From Hormiphora californensis (taxonomy: Eukaryota > Animalia > Ctenophora): DNA of 64,000 nt. This document shows, piece after piece, positions 1-39,785 of this stretch. The notes beneath the pieces were generated by a model. It ran no database searches. It was given only the letters and a program-made list of their open reading frames with translations, and had not been told where the DNA came from. The stretch lies in NCBI GenBank assembly GCA_020137815.1, contig CM035355.1, positions 6,014,001 to 6,078,000 of the forward strand, written 5' to 3'. Each line of letters opens with the position of its first letter. Within the stretch, counting starts at the first letter, position 1. The position numbers were made by a program, and so were the translations under genes.

Positions 1-125
1 GTGTTGTCATGGTGATAGAGTTGCACCAAGTAGGTGTTGTCATGATGATAGAGTTGCACCAAGTAGGTGTTGTCATGGTGATATAGTTACAAAGTAGGTG
101 TTGTCATGGTGATAGAGTTACAAGA
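1..125 (+). repeat. 31-33 bp minisatellite (AGTAGGTGTTGTCATGGTGATAGAGTTACCA), decaying into degenerate or low-quality sequence to ~800
   Basis: Same unit as the array at 2991-4100. Remnants (catggt, tagg, agagt) continue with increasing divergence. Confidence 0.85.
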
Positions 126-1340
126 GGTTGATGTGATAATTAAAATATTTGATGTAAGAGTAAAAGTGGGGTTTAATCAGGGTTATAAGTTAAAGGTGGT
201 GTTGTCATTAAGGGGCCAAAGGGCCAGGGGGAGAGTCGTACCTTGGGTCTCGGTGCAAGTTGTTAGAAATTTTGGCCTTGGTATGACCCAGAGTTTGGCA
301 TGGAGAGTGCCTAGTATGGTAAGTTTTATGGTTTAAAATCAGTGTCTGTCCATTTATGAGTTACCAGAGTATCATGGTAATATTCAACTAGTTGTCCATG
401 TTAGATTTGTCTAGTAGTTGTATGTAAGGGGTGAAGGTTGAAATCTTAGATTCCCATGGGTCAGGCCAAGTTTTTCTAGGATTCAGTGTTCAGGTGTTGC
501 TTTTAAAGTAGGGGAGGTATCGTTACAGTCATGTGTCATGGTAAGCCCAACCATAGGTGCCATGTATAGTTGCCCAATATTGTTCTCAGGTTGTTTTACA
601 AGTGGAGTGTCAGGGGAAAGGGTTTAGCATGGTTTCATGGTGAAAGGGAGTTACATATTTTTTATCTTGATGGTATACTAAAGTTTTTGCGTAGGATTTA
701 GATGGACCTTCATGGTAGTCAGTGGACATTTACAGTAGGGTCATAATCAGAGACCCCAAAGGTATGTCAGTGCATAAAACCTAACGTTTCTGTTGTTCGA
801 GTGTACCGGGACCAATAATGAGTGAGGTTGAACAAAGTAAAATTTGGGTTACAATTTTTGTGTATGTTCCCCTCGGGCCAAATGTTCAAGTTAGGTTAAT
901 TCCCTTTTTAAAAAATTATTTCCAAAAAAATCCTTCCCAGGACAGAAAGGGCAATCCCGTATTTCCAGTGGCCTTCCCTCCCAAAATTGAGAATTTTAAC
1001 ATTAAAGTAGAAAAAAGTCCCCATTTTTTTTGAAAGGGGTATGAATTAAAAGTAGGGGGCATGTTTTAAATTTGCCTTTCTGATAACTGTTTTAGACCAA
1101 AGGGGAGTCAGATTGGTGGGCCTTGCCCCTTTTAAACGTTTTCTCTCCCTTGTTGCTAATTTGTCTCATTTTCTTTCCAAATTTTTTCTTTGGGGTGATG
1201 GGGGGGCCCAATTTTTTTTTATTTTCCCAAATTTTCCCTGTGAAGGTGGTAAAAGGGTTTTTAAGGGGCCCCGAAACCCCAACGCCCCAACATGAAATGC
1301 CATCGTCCATAGATTCCCAACTACCCCTTCCATCTCCCAG

Positions 1341-8705
<7,365 letters not shown>

Positions 8706-9304
8706 AAAAGTGACTTGATGAGAGAGCCTGAAGATTTATTTCAGTTTAGGTCCCCTGGATTGTTGAGAGATTATAAAATATTATTATTGTGTATTATTGG
8801 AACCGCGTTTTGTGTTCGCTACCCCTTACCTGATAGACGAGGGGTCATTTCGTGACCAAGTTTTGTGTGTGACAGGTGAAATAAGTCACCACGTTTTTTT
8901 TGTTGTTTTTGATTTAATTGCATGGAATTGTGTGTATTGATTCTTGAACCCTCTGTATTATAAACCTTTTGAAGAATTAAAAAGATCGACGAAGGCTGGT
9001 CCTAACTTATTAATATATTAATTAATATTGATATAATTCTCCCTGTGTAACGGTTATCTGTTCTCTGGTATTTGACCGTTGTTTGTTATGTGTTATTATA
9101 TATTTGATTTCATTTATTTATGGCGTCAAAATAAGAATTTTCTCTGCCTTCACTGATCGTGTGTAAAATACTGGGCGATTAAAGATTTCAATTTGTGTAC
9201 TCTTTCTCTCTCTTTCTCTCTCTCTCCATATCTTCCCACAAAGAAATGTACACGCACACAAAGGGAAGTGAGTGGGAGATTTCCTGTTTTTAAAGAGAGA
9301 CAGC

Positions 9305-9366
<62 letters not shown>

Positions 9367-9579
9367 GAAAGAGAAAGAAAGATAGAGAGAGAGTATTGAG
9401 GCAACATGCAAACAAGGCTTGCTGACCTGTAACAGGTTGATGGTTCGTCCTCGAGCGAGAAGCGAAGGTCTGAGAAGGTGAAATCTGGAACAGAGAGGGC
9501 ATAAGGTTCGAGTATATGTATAGGGTTTGAGAATACATAGACCTCGGGTCCCTCGCCATATGCATCAAGCCCAATTTGC

Positions 9580-10030
9580 GTCCCAAGATTTCGCAACCAT
9601 TAGCCCATGTTGGGATATGGACCTTTTGGAACGCGCAACGCCATACGTTTCAAGTCTGATGTTTTTCGCGCGCTTCAGTTTACGCGCAATTACTAAGCCG
9701 CGCGAAAATCGATATAAATGCGCGGCACATAAAAAGGGAGAGCTAAAAAATACGCCTAAAAAGTTGGGATGCCAACTTTTTTCCACTTTTCAAAAAAAAC
9801 GGTTCAACTTTCAAGCGCTCTTAAAAAGCGCTGTAAACAAGCGCTCTAAAATCGTTAAAATCATCATAAAAACGTCCCCTCGACCCTACCGGCGCCTTTC
9901 TGATTGGAATTTCAACCCCACGTACCCTGGCCAAGGCTGCCGCCCCTGGCAGCTGACCCCGGCCCGCGGGCGCACTGGGACATACTGGACCAGAGGCCCA
10001 GCTCCGGCCTCCGTTCCTGTACAGATTCCA
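9580..10030. promoter_or_regulatory. CpG-rich putative promoter or 5' region upstream of the Tec kinase
   Basis: Local CpG enrichment, E2F-like TTTCGCGC (~9664) and GCGCGAAA (~9700), CCAAT box on the minus strand (~9903). Confidence 0.4.
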
Positions 10031-10180
10031 ATACTGAACTGCCATACGTTTTTATGTTAACTTTTTGTGTGCATACTTGCTATCGATTAAATACGTTGTA
10101 TTGCTTCACAATCAAACTTTCTTGCTAGGATCTGAAATGGTAGGGGGCTAAGGTAATGTGAGAGGAGGAAGCGGTACACG

Positions 10181-28991
<18,811 letters not shown>

Positions 28992-29412
28992 TATAATCTG
29001 GAAATGATTGAGAGATGCATCATACAATTGTACACAGATTATATATTGTGTTTTTTAATTCGTTTGTTATTGATTTGTGTATGCGATAGAAGCCCTAATT
29101 TCAGTCTACAACCCATCAGTAATTCTATAATATATACATTGTGTGTGTCAAATACTCATTCTATTTTACTGTGTTCAAACCGTTTATATTAAAACAATCG
29201 TGTTTTGTTTTGTACCATGGTTATCTGACAGAGAATCCGTGCGAGAAAAGAGCGAAAAACCATGGTAATTGTGTCAGAATTTCGAAGACTCGGTAGTTTT
29301 TTGGGGAGTTTAACTTGTAAAAACGGTATATATACAGACTGGAGAAAAATAGGTCAAAAACCACGAGAGTCAACAGCATCTCATGACACTCCCTCACAAA
29401 TTTCAACACAGT

Positions 29413-32400
29413 TTAGGAGTCCTTGAATGTAGCGAGAAGTTTGTCACAATAGAGAGAAGAGCGGTGTTTGTGTTTTACGTTCTCGACGTGTTCACACAAG
29501 TAGGACGGCCATACCCTTCCAGCCTCACACAGCACACCATATACTGCCTCTTGGATGGCCTGGAAATTAGGATGGGGTAAGAAATCTGTAACTGTATCCA
29601 AAAGGTTTAGTAAATAACGAAAGCAGTAATGTAGTATGGGTTTATTTGAATTTTGAAGTATGTTATCTCCACCCGAGTTACCATAGTAACCACCTAGATC
29701 CCACCCTAGTTACCATGGTAACCACCTAAATCCCACAAAGGTTACCATGGTAGCCATCTAGATCCCACCCTAGTAACCTGATTCGGATCATCAAGGTGGA
29801 TAAGAAGTCCCCTGTATAGGAACTGTAGGTGTGCCTTATAGAGCTCTCTGTTATAATCCTCAGGAAGCAGAGAGAAGAACGTCTTGAGAGTGGAAGTAAC
29901 GGCCACCCTCAGCTCGTCAGAACTATCGTCCAGTCGTTTTAGCAACTCTACGTAAACCTTGTGGAGTTCGTCAGGGCCAAAACATTCCTGTAAGATAATA
30001 AGGGTTAGGTGGGCTGGGAAGTCGGCCGTGGGAAATTATGAAAGCCAATGCAATGGGATAGCGTAAAATATCAAATGGGTTAAGGAATAGTTCGAGTGGA
30101 TGTGAAACTGCATCAAATCTAAACATACCTTGCCTCCCGTCTGCAGTACAAAGTTGAAACAGTTACAGCACACAAGACGAGTTGCACAGTTATCGTCGTC
30201 TAGATTACTGACCAGTTGTGCCACCAACTTCTCTTGTACCTGGGGGTGTTGTTGTGGATTAGACAATAGGCAGGTAACCAATAGTCTTGTCTGCAGCCCC
30301 AGACCATGTTTTGATCGTGCTCAGATCGGGTCGGCGACACCAAACAGAAACAAGCAGCTTGTTAGACGAGTTTAGCAAAAAGACGGACCTGTTTGAGGGC
30401 ATCTCGTGAAAGAAGGTTAGACTTGAGGAGAGCCCAAAGAGAGGAAATAGCCGCACACCTAACCGTCCCCGCCGTCCTACCTGCTCTCCATTCTGGGGGA
30501 GAGAGAGGGTTAGAAAACAGTTCTGAAGTTGAGTAGGGCACTACTGGCTACTCGCTATAGGCCGAGATTCTGTACCAACTTGTCACGAGTTCCCACCCCG
30601 GTAACCCACAAACTCGACTAAATATAGTACATCCCCGGCCCTGCAAAAGGAGTTTCTTGCTCTCCAAAACTACTTACCAAGATTTGGAGTTACAATTTCA
30701 GTTATGATAGGAACAGAGAAGAGTGATAGCTGTTTGGAAGCTTCACTTGTAACGGGAGTATCGCGTAGCAACCGACCTGAAAAAAGTTGTTGAGTAAAAA
30801 GGTGGATATGTGCATGGGGAAAAAGATGACGTTATATCGATAATAATGGTGAACATTGAACATAGGGGTGAAGGACGAAAGTTGTAGAAAAACTGGCCAT
30901 GGGAACAGCTCAGGAAACGACCGAACCGGGTTTTTTTCCACCGAACCGAACCGAACCGAATTTGAAAAACTTTTTTACCGAACCGAACCGAACCGAACCG
31001 AACCGAATTTCGGTAACCGAACCGAACCGAACCATACAAAACTTTTTCTGTATAAATGTTTCTCTAAAAAGTCATGGAGAGCACCGATCAAGGTATTGAG
31101 AATCATTCTCTGAAATTTTGTTAAAAAATGTTTGAAAAAATTTCAAAGTCAATTTTGTGAAAAAATTTTCAAAGTCAATTTTATCGTAAATTTTCTATGT
31201 CAATTTTTGCGTACGAATCGTGTTTCGTATCGGCAATGCTATACGGGAATCGTATTGCTAATTAGCAGGATTAAACGAACCATGAATCGTGTCTCTCTAA
31301 ATTTCCTAATTAGATTTGATGGGGGATCACGTATCAGCACAATCCATCTCGGACCCACTAATCACTCCCGTTTAGCATTGTCGATTAGAAACACGATTCG
31401 TATACCATAATTTACTTAAAATATTTTTCACAAAAAAAATTTAACAAAATTTCAGGTAATGATTCTCAATACCTTGATCGATGCTCTCCATGAATTTTTA
31501 GAGAAACATTTAATTTTGTGAAAAAACTTTGTAAAATATTTCAAAGTCAATTTCGGAAGAAAAAAAATTCTATGTTAATTTTGCCGTACGAATCGTGTTG
31601 CGAATCGGTGATGCTATGCGGCAGTGCTCTCGCTAATTAGCAGGATTTATTGAAACATGAATCGTTTCCCCTAAACTTCCTAATTAGATTTGATGGGGGA
31701 TCACGTATCACTATCAGCATAATCCATCTCGGACCCACTAATTAGCAACATCACTCCCGCTTAGCAATACCGATTCGAAACACGATTCGTACGCAAAAAT
31801 TGACATAGAAAATTTTCCATAAAATTGACTTTGAAATATTTTCCAAACTTTTTTACAAAATTTCAGAGAATGATTCTTAACACCTTGATCGGTGCTCTCC
31901 ATGAATTTTTTGAAAAAAAAAGTTTCTGAATTTGTTGACCCTCTCATGAGGACACGATTCGACGGGAAGTCAGGTATCAAATCAATCCATATCGAACCCG
32001 CTAACTAGCGAAATCATTTCCACATAGCACCACCGATTCGAAATAGGGTTAATACGGCGAAATTGACATTGAAATCCATACAATTTTCGTGAAATAATTG
32101 AAAAATTTTGCATGAAAAAGCCCGATTTCTGGGCATTTTTTGACCAAAAAATTCGGTGGTTCGGCCAAAATTTCCTACCGAACCGAACCGAACCGAACCG
32201 CCCAAAAAACACCGAATTTCCGAACCGAACCGAACCGAACCGAATATTCGGTCGCTTCCTGGAACAGCTCATACCTAGGAGTGTAAACATAGTCATTCTC
32301 AATTCAGGATCTTTCTCTGTGGCAGTGCAGTCCTTGAAAATCTGGTAGACAGCGGGCATTATCTCCCCACAAGTTGGACCTAAAATTATTGGACATGGGT

Positions 32401-35400
32401 TAATTGGGATATACAATTAAGTATCGGCAGTCGTCAAACAAAACCAGATAGGAAAATATTCGGGGGGGGGGGGCAAATATTCGATAAATCCTTCCCAAGA
32501 GGGATGGTGTATCACCATGACAACCCCCCCCCCTATCACGCTAGTATTTTACCAGATCGAAGGAGTAGTTCCCCGAAGAGGTTCTGATCAGGGGAGTGCC
32601 GGGTCCAGTCTCGGTGTTGTCCTGACAGTAGTTCTACTAGGGAGGCAGCGTGTCTCTCATACAACTCCTCTACTGTTACATCCTGGATGGGGATAGTGGT
32701 TACAATTAGAACACTCTGTACATTTTACTCAGTCTATACATTGTAGAGTGTAAAATGTATAGCTTGTACTCTGTCAGGCCAATGCTCTGACCACAGTTCT
32801 CGCACGCTCCGAAATGAACATAGGGTCAGGCCAATGCTCTGACAGCTTGTACTTGATACTCCATACTATAGAGTCTATTATCGTAGTTTATACATTGTAG
32901 AATGTATAGATAGTAGTTTGTAACGTGGTCGTTGTATAATAATGGATATTAACCCGAATTCCTACCTGAAGTGTAGCTAGTTGTCCTATCATTGTCTCTA
33001 TCTCTGCGGGGCTTTCTCCCGATCTCTGGTACACGCTACACAATCTCAGTAGAAGGAAGAGGATACGCCCCGAGTAGGATTCAATACCCTCCCCAAGGAC
33101 TGTGAGGAGTGATTGGAGGACACGACGGAGTTCAGTATAGAGGGGCTTGTGGGCTGTCTCGTTTACCTATAGTGAAGTAGTTAGTTAGCTGCTGTTATCA
33201 TATCCCTCCCTGACCCTCATCTAGACAAGTATGATGAGCGTCCAAAATACAGTTGTATTATTTCGTTGTGTATATTTCCACATCTAAAAAACTCCCTCAT
33301 AATAAGGCAAGGTAGGGAGTTATCATTTAAGAGAGTGATAACCTAAGTGCCTAGTACTACGCTACCTCAGGTTTACAAAGAGTATCCACAATGTCATCAG
33401 TAATCTCGAGGAGGTCGTGCGGCTTGGATCCAGTGATAAGGGATGACAGAACGCGGAGGCAGGAGGTGCACAGAACTGGGGAGACGCCAACCCGGGATTT
33501 TACCTCACCTGGGGTTAGAGTTGTAAGTTGATGCCATAGAAATAATTTTGGAAAGAAACCCCATCCTGACCCCGAGGAGGTCAGAATATCAGAATAATCC
33601 TTGCGGCAAATATTCATTTGAAATATACATTCATCACTTACCACTTGAAGCGCCTGCCAGCGCTGACAACACGTAATCTCTCCATATCTTGGGTTGAACA
33701 AACTGGGCGAGGGTCTGGGTACATCGGTTAGATTGTTCCGCGAGGGTAGGTTCCATGGAACATTTGTAAAGGGCAAACAGGATCTTCTCGAGATGTTGGG
33801 TGGATTGCCATTCTGGAGGGGGATAGGGGTTAGAGAGGCGAGATAGAAGAGTGAGGGATAGGGGTGTTAGGAACATGGTGAGATAGGCGCTGGCCTCTCC
33901 ACAGCAGAAATGAACAAAATCAACGTACCACTGAACAGCAGGAGAGAGAACAGCAGCCTCACACTTTTGATCCTCGTCTCATCGACCCAGGTATTGAGAT
34001 CATTCAACAACCCAGGTAACACCTTACTAAGGTGTCGCGTCACCAAGATGCGACACCCTAACCTGGGCCGTCTGACACCCTCCAACACCCCGTAGTAGAC
34101 AGGTGTCTCAGCAGCAAAGTCCTTCTGGTCCTTGATGTCCTGCTCGTTTTCTTGCTCCCATTGTGCACCAGCCGCATCAAAGAGACGCTCTGATTTGGCT
34201 GCTATATCTGGGACCTGGGTGATAAAGAAGGGGGTTAGGAGGGTTAGGATCAAGAGATCTGGAAGTGCAGATCGAGTAAGGGGGTTAGAGACAAGAATGA
34301 CAGATTGATGCTGGATAGTGTGTCAAAGACTTTGACTCAAAGTGTCAAAATGGAGTTTGATATTCACCTCATCTTCCATTCCGGTTAAGATAAGGGGAAG
34401 TAGCCGGTGGAAATAGGAATACCGATCCATCAGAGTGTTCATCCATCCACCAACCACCTCAAACACAGCGTCCCTGTTATAGTGGGGTGTTAGGGAATGT
34501 TAGGACAGGAGGCCAATATCCCCGCCCCTTTGGGGGTATTGAGTATACGATACACTGATAAATTGCAATACATACTACGTAGTAACCACGGAGCTATAAT
34601 GTACGGGAATCTAAATTTATGTTACCTGACAGGAGGACAGGGATCAAATGTCCGCTGAGCGAAATGAGAAATGATATCTTCTATCATTTTATTGTCGCCA
34701 TTATTCAACAGAGCTCCCAGTGCTCGAACTGCCAGAGTCCTCACCTTTTGGTGCTGAAATAGTGGGGGAATACATTTAGTACGGTGGGACCAGAAAACTT
34801 GTTTGTTTTGTGGGGGAAGGAGATGGGCCGGGCGCCAACTTGTATGAACCAGTGCTAGGTATGCATATGGGAAATCTAAACAACTACGCTGTGTTCTCGG
34901 GGAAATGAAGCAACTATTCCCTAATCAATTAACTAATCAATTAACCTGGTGGCTGGTGTTGACTAGGAGAGGGTTCATCAGGATATTAGCACCAGGGTAA
35001 AACTGTTTTGGGGCAACTGCCGTCAAGTTTATCAAACATTTACAGCTCAGCTTTTTCACCTCAGCAAACGGGTCACTTAGTGTCCTGTGGGAGAGGGGAG
35101 ATTTTAAGGGTGACACCCTGGAAGGAGATTTTAGGGATCACTTAGCGTCCTGGGGGATTTTAGGGATCACTTAGCGGCCTGGGCGGCTGTATTGTTACTA
35201 TACTATCGTTTTAGTCTGGGTCCCCCAACGGTGTTCACACCCATGGAAACAGCTCCTATCAAATCAAAGAGAGGGGAGATTTCAAGAAGGTTATACCTCG
35301 CCAGAATCATCTGGTAGTCCTGACAGTACATTGGCATTTGGTCAGGTGCCAGGGAGAGGATCTGGGTTAACAGTTCCATTAGTAGCTGCCTCACTTCTTC

Positions 35401-36493
35401 ACTACTCTCAATAATATCCTTCTGGCCCAACCTCATTACACACACAGGTACCTGAAATGAGGGGAGTTGATTTGTACCTTCTTTTACTTCAACCTTTCGT
35501 TCCTTTTTACTAAAAAAACTGGTATCGTGGGGAGCGTGGAGACAGTACGAACAGTTCATTCTTTCACCGTGGTGCGGTGAGACGAACGCCACCTGTTTAC
35601 TCACAATATATGGAAGGTATGGCTCCAACACCGTCATTTGGGCCGTCATGTCGGTTACTATGGTAACTGAGGTCTCCCTACACTTCTCAATCGGGTCGTG
35701 GAACAACGTTAAGAGAGGTTTACAGAGACCAGCAAACAGACCACACAGAACACCCTGCGTCGGAAATATATTTGTAGGTGGGGGAGTTACCAAAAATTGG
35801 GTTTAAAAGTTTTTATCGAGAAAACATTTAGAACCGGTACAGAAAAAATGGATCGTTAAATATAACTGGCTCTTAGTTGTGAAAGGAAAGGGTGTTTCCT
35901 ATCTTCAGATTACTATTTGTGATTTACCTTGTTGAGTAACAAGATTTACCTGTTCTAGGGGAGATCCGGTAGTCTGATCCTTGATCCTGGAGAGGGCCTT
36001 GTTTTTAGCGAACCTGGCCCCATCATGGAGGGTGTTGATATCTCTCTGCATCACCTGCAGCATCTCTTCCACCTGGAGGGAGGTTTTTATGGTAATGAAG
36101 TGTGGAGAGAGGGGTCGAGAAAGGGAGAGTGGGTCGAGAAAGGTAGATGAATTAGGGTGGGCCGTGGGGGACGGGGGTGTTATGGTAACACCGAGAAAAG
36201 AAAGTAAATGGTGGGGGTGTTATGGTAACACGGGGTTTGGCCTTTGGGGAGAGGTAGTCGAGTAAGGGAAACAGGATGTCGAGCAAGGTAGATGGTTAGG
36301 GGCCTAGTGGAGGGGGTCACCAGACAGGAAGTAGCTGAGAGAGACTACTGAAACTACAAACCTTAGCCTGTTCTGCAGGTGTCATATTCTCCTTAGCAGC
36401 GTTCATCAGTTTATCATTGCTCCCCAGTACCTTTCCCTCCTTGATTGGACCCTCTTCCACGACCTCTCCTGATGTTATCTCCTTTATCTCCAT
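29413..36493 (-). CDS. DNAAF5: Dynein axonemal assembly factor 5 (HEATR2), ~16 exons
   Basis: HEAT-repeat peptides KPLLTLFHDPIEKCRE, RLGQKDIIESSEEVRQ, YSYFHRLLPLIL, AGAQWEQENEQDIKD, RPRLGCRILV, LLKRLDDSSDELR, LLIHLDDP and KHKHRSSLYCDKLL in the expected order. Confidence 0.92.
30911..32261. mobile_element. hAT-type non-autonomous transposon with (CCGAA)n subterminal arrays
   Basis: TIR CAGGAA(A/G)CGACCGAA, 8-bp TSD GAACAGCT (30903-30910 and 32262-32269), internal nested direct and inverted repeats. Confidence 0.9.
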
Positions 36494-36907
36494 AGCGCTA
36501 CAAAACAGGGAAACAAATAGTAAAATATTGCCTTACTCGACCCTCTGTCACACATATTGTAAACATGGGTTGATACGTCACAAGTAAAACACAAGGATAA
36601 ACTCTATAGCAAATGTATGAAAGTAAGTGAGGTGAGCGAGGTCAGGTTGTTCTTGTCGGGGGATGCTCCGTGGGTCAATGAGGTACTAACTGAGGCTCAC
36701 TTGCTGACACCTAAACAATCACGTGCGTGGTGTTTCTAACACCGCCACAATTTTTGGAAAACCACTCTCAAATCAAGAGTGATAAAAAACACCCCAACAC
36801 CAGAAAGGGAATAAATAGTGATATGGATCACTGGGTATAATAATTGCATGCAATGTGTGTAAAAATATAATCACGTGAGAGTCCATCTCTCTCTAATGAC
36901 ACGTGAT

Positions 36908-39561
36908 CTATTTGCTCAGTCCAAAGAGGGTCGTCATGGCAACCCCAGCTTTACTGTGTGGCAGCGGTTCACACAGTTCCCAGGTGTTGGCTCTAATGTC
37001 ATACCGCTCCACAGCAGTCAGACGAGATCCATCAATCCAACCACCAAACGCGTAAATGTGACTGGAAGAGAGGGGGGTTAATTAGTATAGTTGGGAAGGA
37101 AAGATGAGGTTGAGTCAATATGACTGGGTAGTACATATAGGGAAAGGGTGTAAGGAAAATAGAAAATGGGATGTCGAACATCTAATGGGGGTAATTATGG
37201 GGTAATTATGATTCACCCCCGCCATGATATCAACTTACTTCCCATGCAGAGCAACCTCCACCTTCTGTCTCCTGACCTCCATAGGTTCAAGGTACTGCCA
37301 GGCACCTGTCCGAGGGTCAAACCTCTCTACCGTGTCAGTCCGGTAACCTCCAATCGAGTAGAGGACGCCACCTGAAAATGGCAATACAAACTTAGTGTCA
37401 TAGAGCATCTTGTAGCTTGTCCGGCCACTTCTCAAACAAAGGGTCTAATAGCTAGGATGAAGGTGGTGGACTCTATACAATATATGGGAGAACTTGTCAG
37501 GACTACAATGACAGGTAAACACGTGACAAGATGTACTGTTTGATATTAGACAATTTTAACCGGTTATCTAAGTTTTCACAGTACACCGTTTCCGGTGGTT
37601 AAAGTGTACTGTGAAATTTTAGACCACTGCAAAAACACTAGTAATTATAAAGTAAAATACCGCTGCAGTGGTATGTGAAAAATTAAACACTTTCTAGTCA
37701 CACGCACACAGTGTGAACATTACAAACATTACAAACTGAGTGAACGGGATGTTGAGGGGATGATCCCTGTATTGATCTCACGTGGTTCGAATTTACTAGA
37801 GTCGGTTTACAAAGGTCAAATCATGAGTGAGATATAAAGCGAAGTGGCTGGAAGAGAGGACGGGGTTAAGCATGGCTGAAGAAATAGAATATGGGATGTT
37901 GAACATTTAGTTATCACGGGGGTGATTATGGGGTAATTGCGGGGGTAATCATGGGTAATTATGGGGGTAATTATGATTCACCCCACACCATGATACCACT
38001 TGTTATGTTCTAACCCTCCCTTTACATTTTCGGGTGCGGGGCGCCCGAAACACAGTCTAGCCAGGCAAGATACCACTTACTTCCCATGCAGAGCAACCTC
38101 CACTTTCTGCCTCCTGACCTCCATAGGTTCAAGGTACTGCCAGGCACCTGTCCGGGGGTCAAACCTCTCTACCGTGTCAGTCCTGTAACCACCAATCGAG
38201 TAGAGGACGCCACCTGAAAATGGCAATACAAACTTGTCTCAAACGAAGGGTCAATTAGCTAGGGTGAGGGTGGTGGACTCTATACAATATGTATGGGAGA
38301 ATTTGTCAGGACTAGGATGGTAAAGGTAAACACGTGACAAGATGTACTGTTTGATATTAGGGGCTGTATGGCGGCGGTGCGCTCAGATGGGGTCGCGGCG
38401 CCAGACAGATTAGGGACACCTACCTGCAGCAGTCATGCCACATCCCCATCTATTCTCCTGCATGGGGGTAGTCTCAGTCCACCTATCCTTCTTACTGTCA
38501 TACATCTCCACGCTGCACAGATCACTATTCCCATACTGGTTACCCCCTGCCACATACAACTTCTCCCCCAGCCCGGCAACCCCACACCCCTCCCGGGCCT
38601 GCTTCATGGGGGAGATCTCCGTCCACTTGTTAGCGATAGGGTTGAAATACTCCACACTGGCGGTCCACCCCTGGGGTGTTTTACCGCCTGCCACAAAGGC
38701 GTGACCAGCAGAGAATGCGGAGCCGCATCCCTCGCGGCGTTGTAGGAGAGGGGCGATGGGCTTCCAAACAAGGTGACAACAGTCAAACTTATACGCTGAA
38801 AGATTGGGTTATTATAGCGATTCAAGTGTATTATAACTAAAACATTTGAATTGCCATACTATTAGGGGGGGGGGGGGGTAACTGTCTGATATATGGGTCG
38901 TTTGATCTGGCGGGGGACGGAACCTGCTCCCCCTGAAATTACCTGATCGACTGGCACGTCCGTTCATATCCCGTCCCCCTGCTATAATAATACTCCTATC
39001 CCTGTCCAATAACCCAGTGGGGCATGTTGTTGCGTTAATCTTGCCAACTGGTAGAGGTGCCAGGGTGACCCATTTATCTGCTGTGGTAACATAGGCCAGA
39101 CACTCTGTTTCTCCGCCATACCTGTGCACTGTGACATATCAGAGTGTTACATGTGTGTGTGACGTCACTGTGACATAAAGTCTGTGTTTAGTACATGTGG
39201 GACTGTGACATAAAGTCTGTAGATCCACACTTTTGTGTGTTTGGTGTAAAGACTATGCCACATTGAATTGCGTGCCGTGTGCGGTGTGTGTGATGTGTGT
39301 TTCATACCCTCCAAAGCAGAAGATGGAGCTCCTAAACTCAGGGCTCATCTCAGCCTCCTGAATCATGCTAGTTCTGCTTCTTCTCCCTCCCTTCCCTCCT
39401 TTTATCAGATCCACCGTATTGCCCTGTTTCTTGATGGAACTAACTGCACTCCGTAACCTAGCAACGCTCTCCCTCCTCCCACCACCCTGTAAACTGTCTT
39501 TACGTGCTGGGACTCCAGAAGATGCGGAACTCTCCCTACGTGGACCTCCCGATGTCGCCAT
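36908..39561 (-). CDS. Kelch-repeat beta-propeller protein without a BTB domain; basic, RRxS-rich N-terminus
   Basis: Six GG-containing kelch repeats across exons at ~39561-39307, 39121-38943, 38794-38424, 38213-38081 (or duplicate 37371-37239) and 37061-36908. Confidence 0.85.
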
Positions 39562-39785
39562 GGCTACGATTGGGAGAGAATTGTTAGCCGGGGGAGGATC
39601 TTGGGGGGTTGGGACTTTAGTAATTATGAATAGCAGTCTGTAAGAAATTGCAATATATATTTTCACACCATTATTATGTACAGAAAGGACGGGAATATGG
39701 TTCCTAATTATTTACAGTCTATATAATTACAGAAGACGCAACTTGAGAGACAGATCTGATATATCTGAGAGAGAATAAAGCCCCA

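Noticed and set aside
126-1320. Small ORFs at the window start
   Set aside because: Degenerate minisatellite or homopolymer-distorted sequence, with no recognisable domains.
9150-9596. Minus-strand ORF between ARFGEF3 and Tec
   Set aside because: No recognisable homology and it runs through a microsatellite. A small exon cannot be excluded.
37780-37795. GGTTCGAAT B-box suggesting a tRNA or SINE
   Set aside because: No cloverleaf or A-box visible around it.
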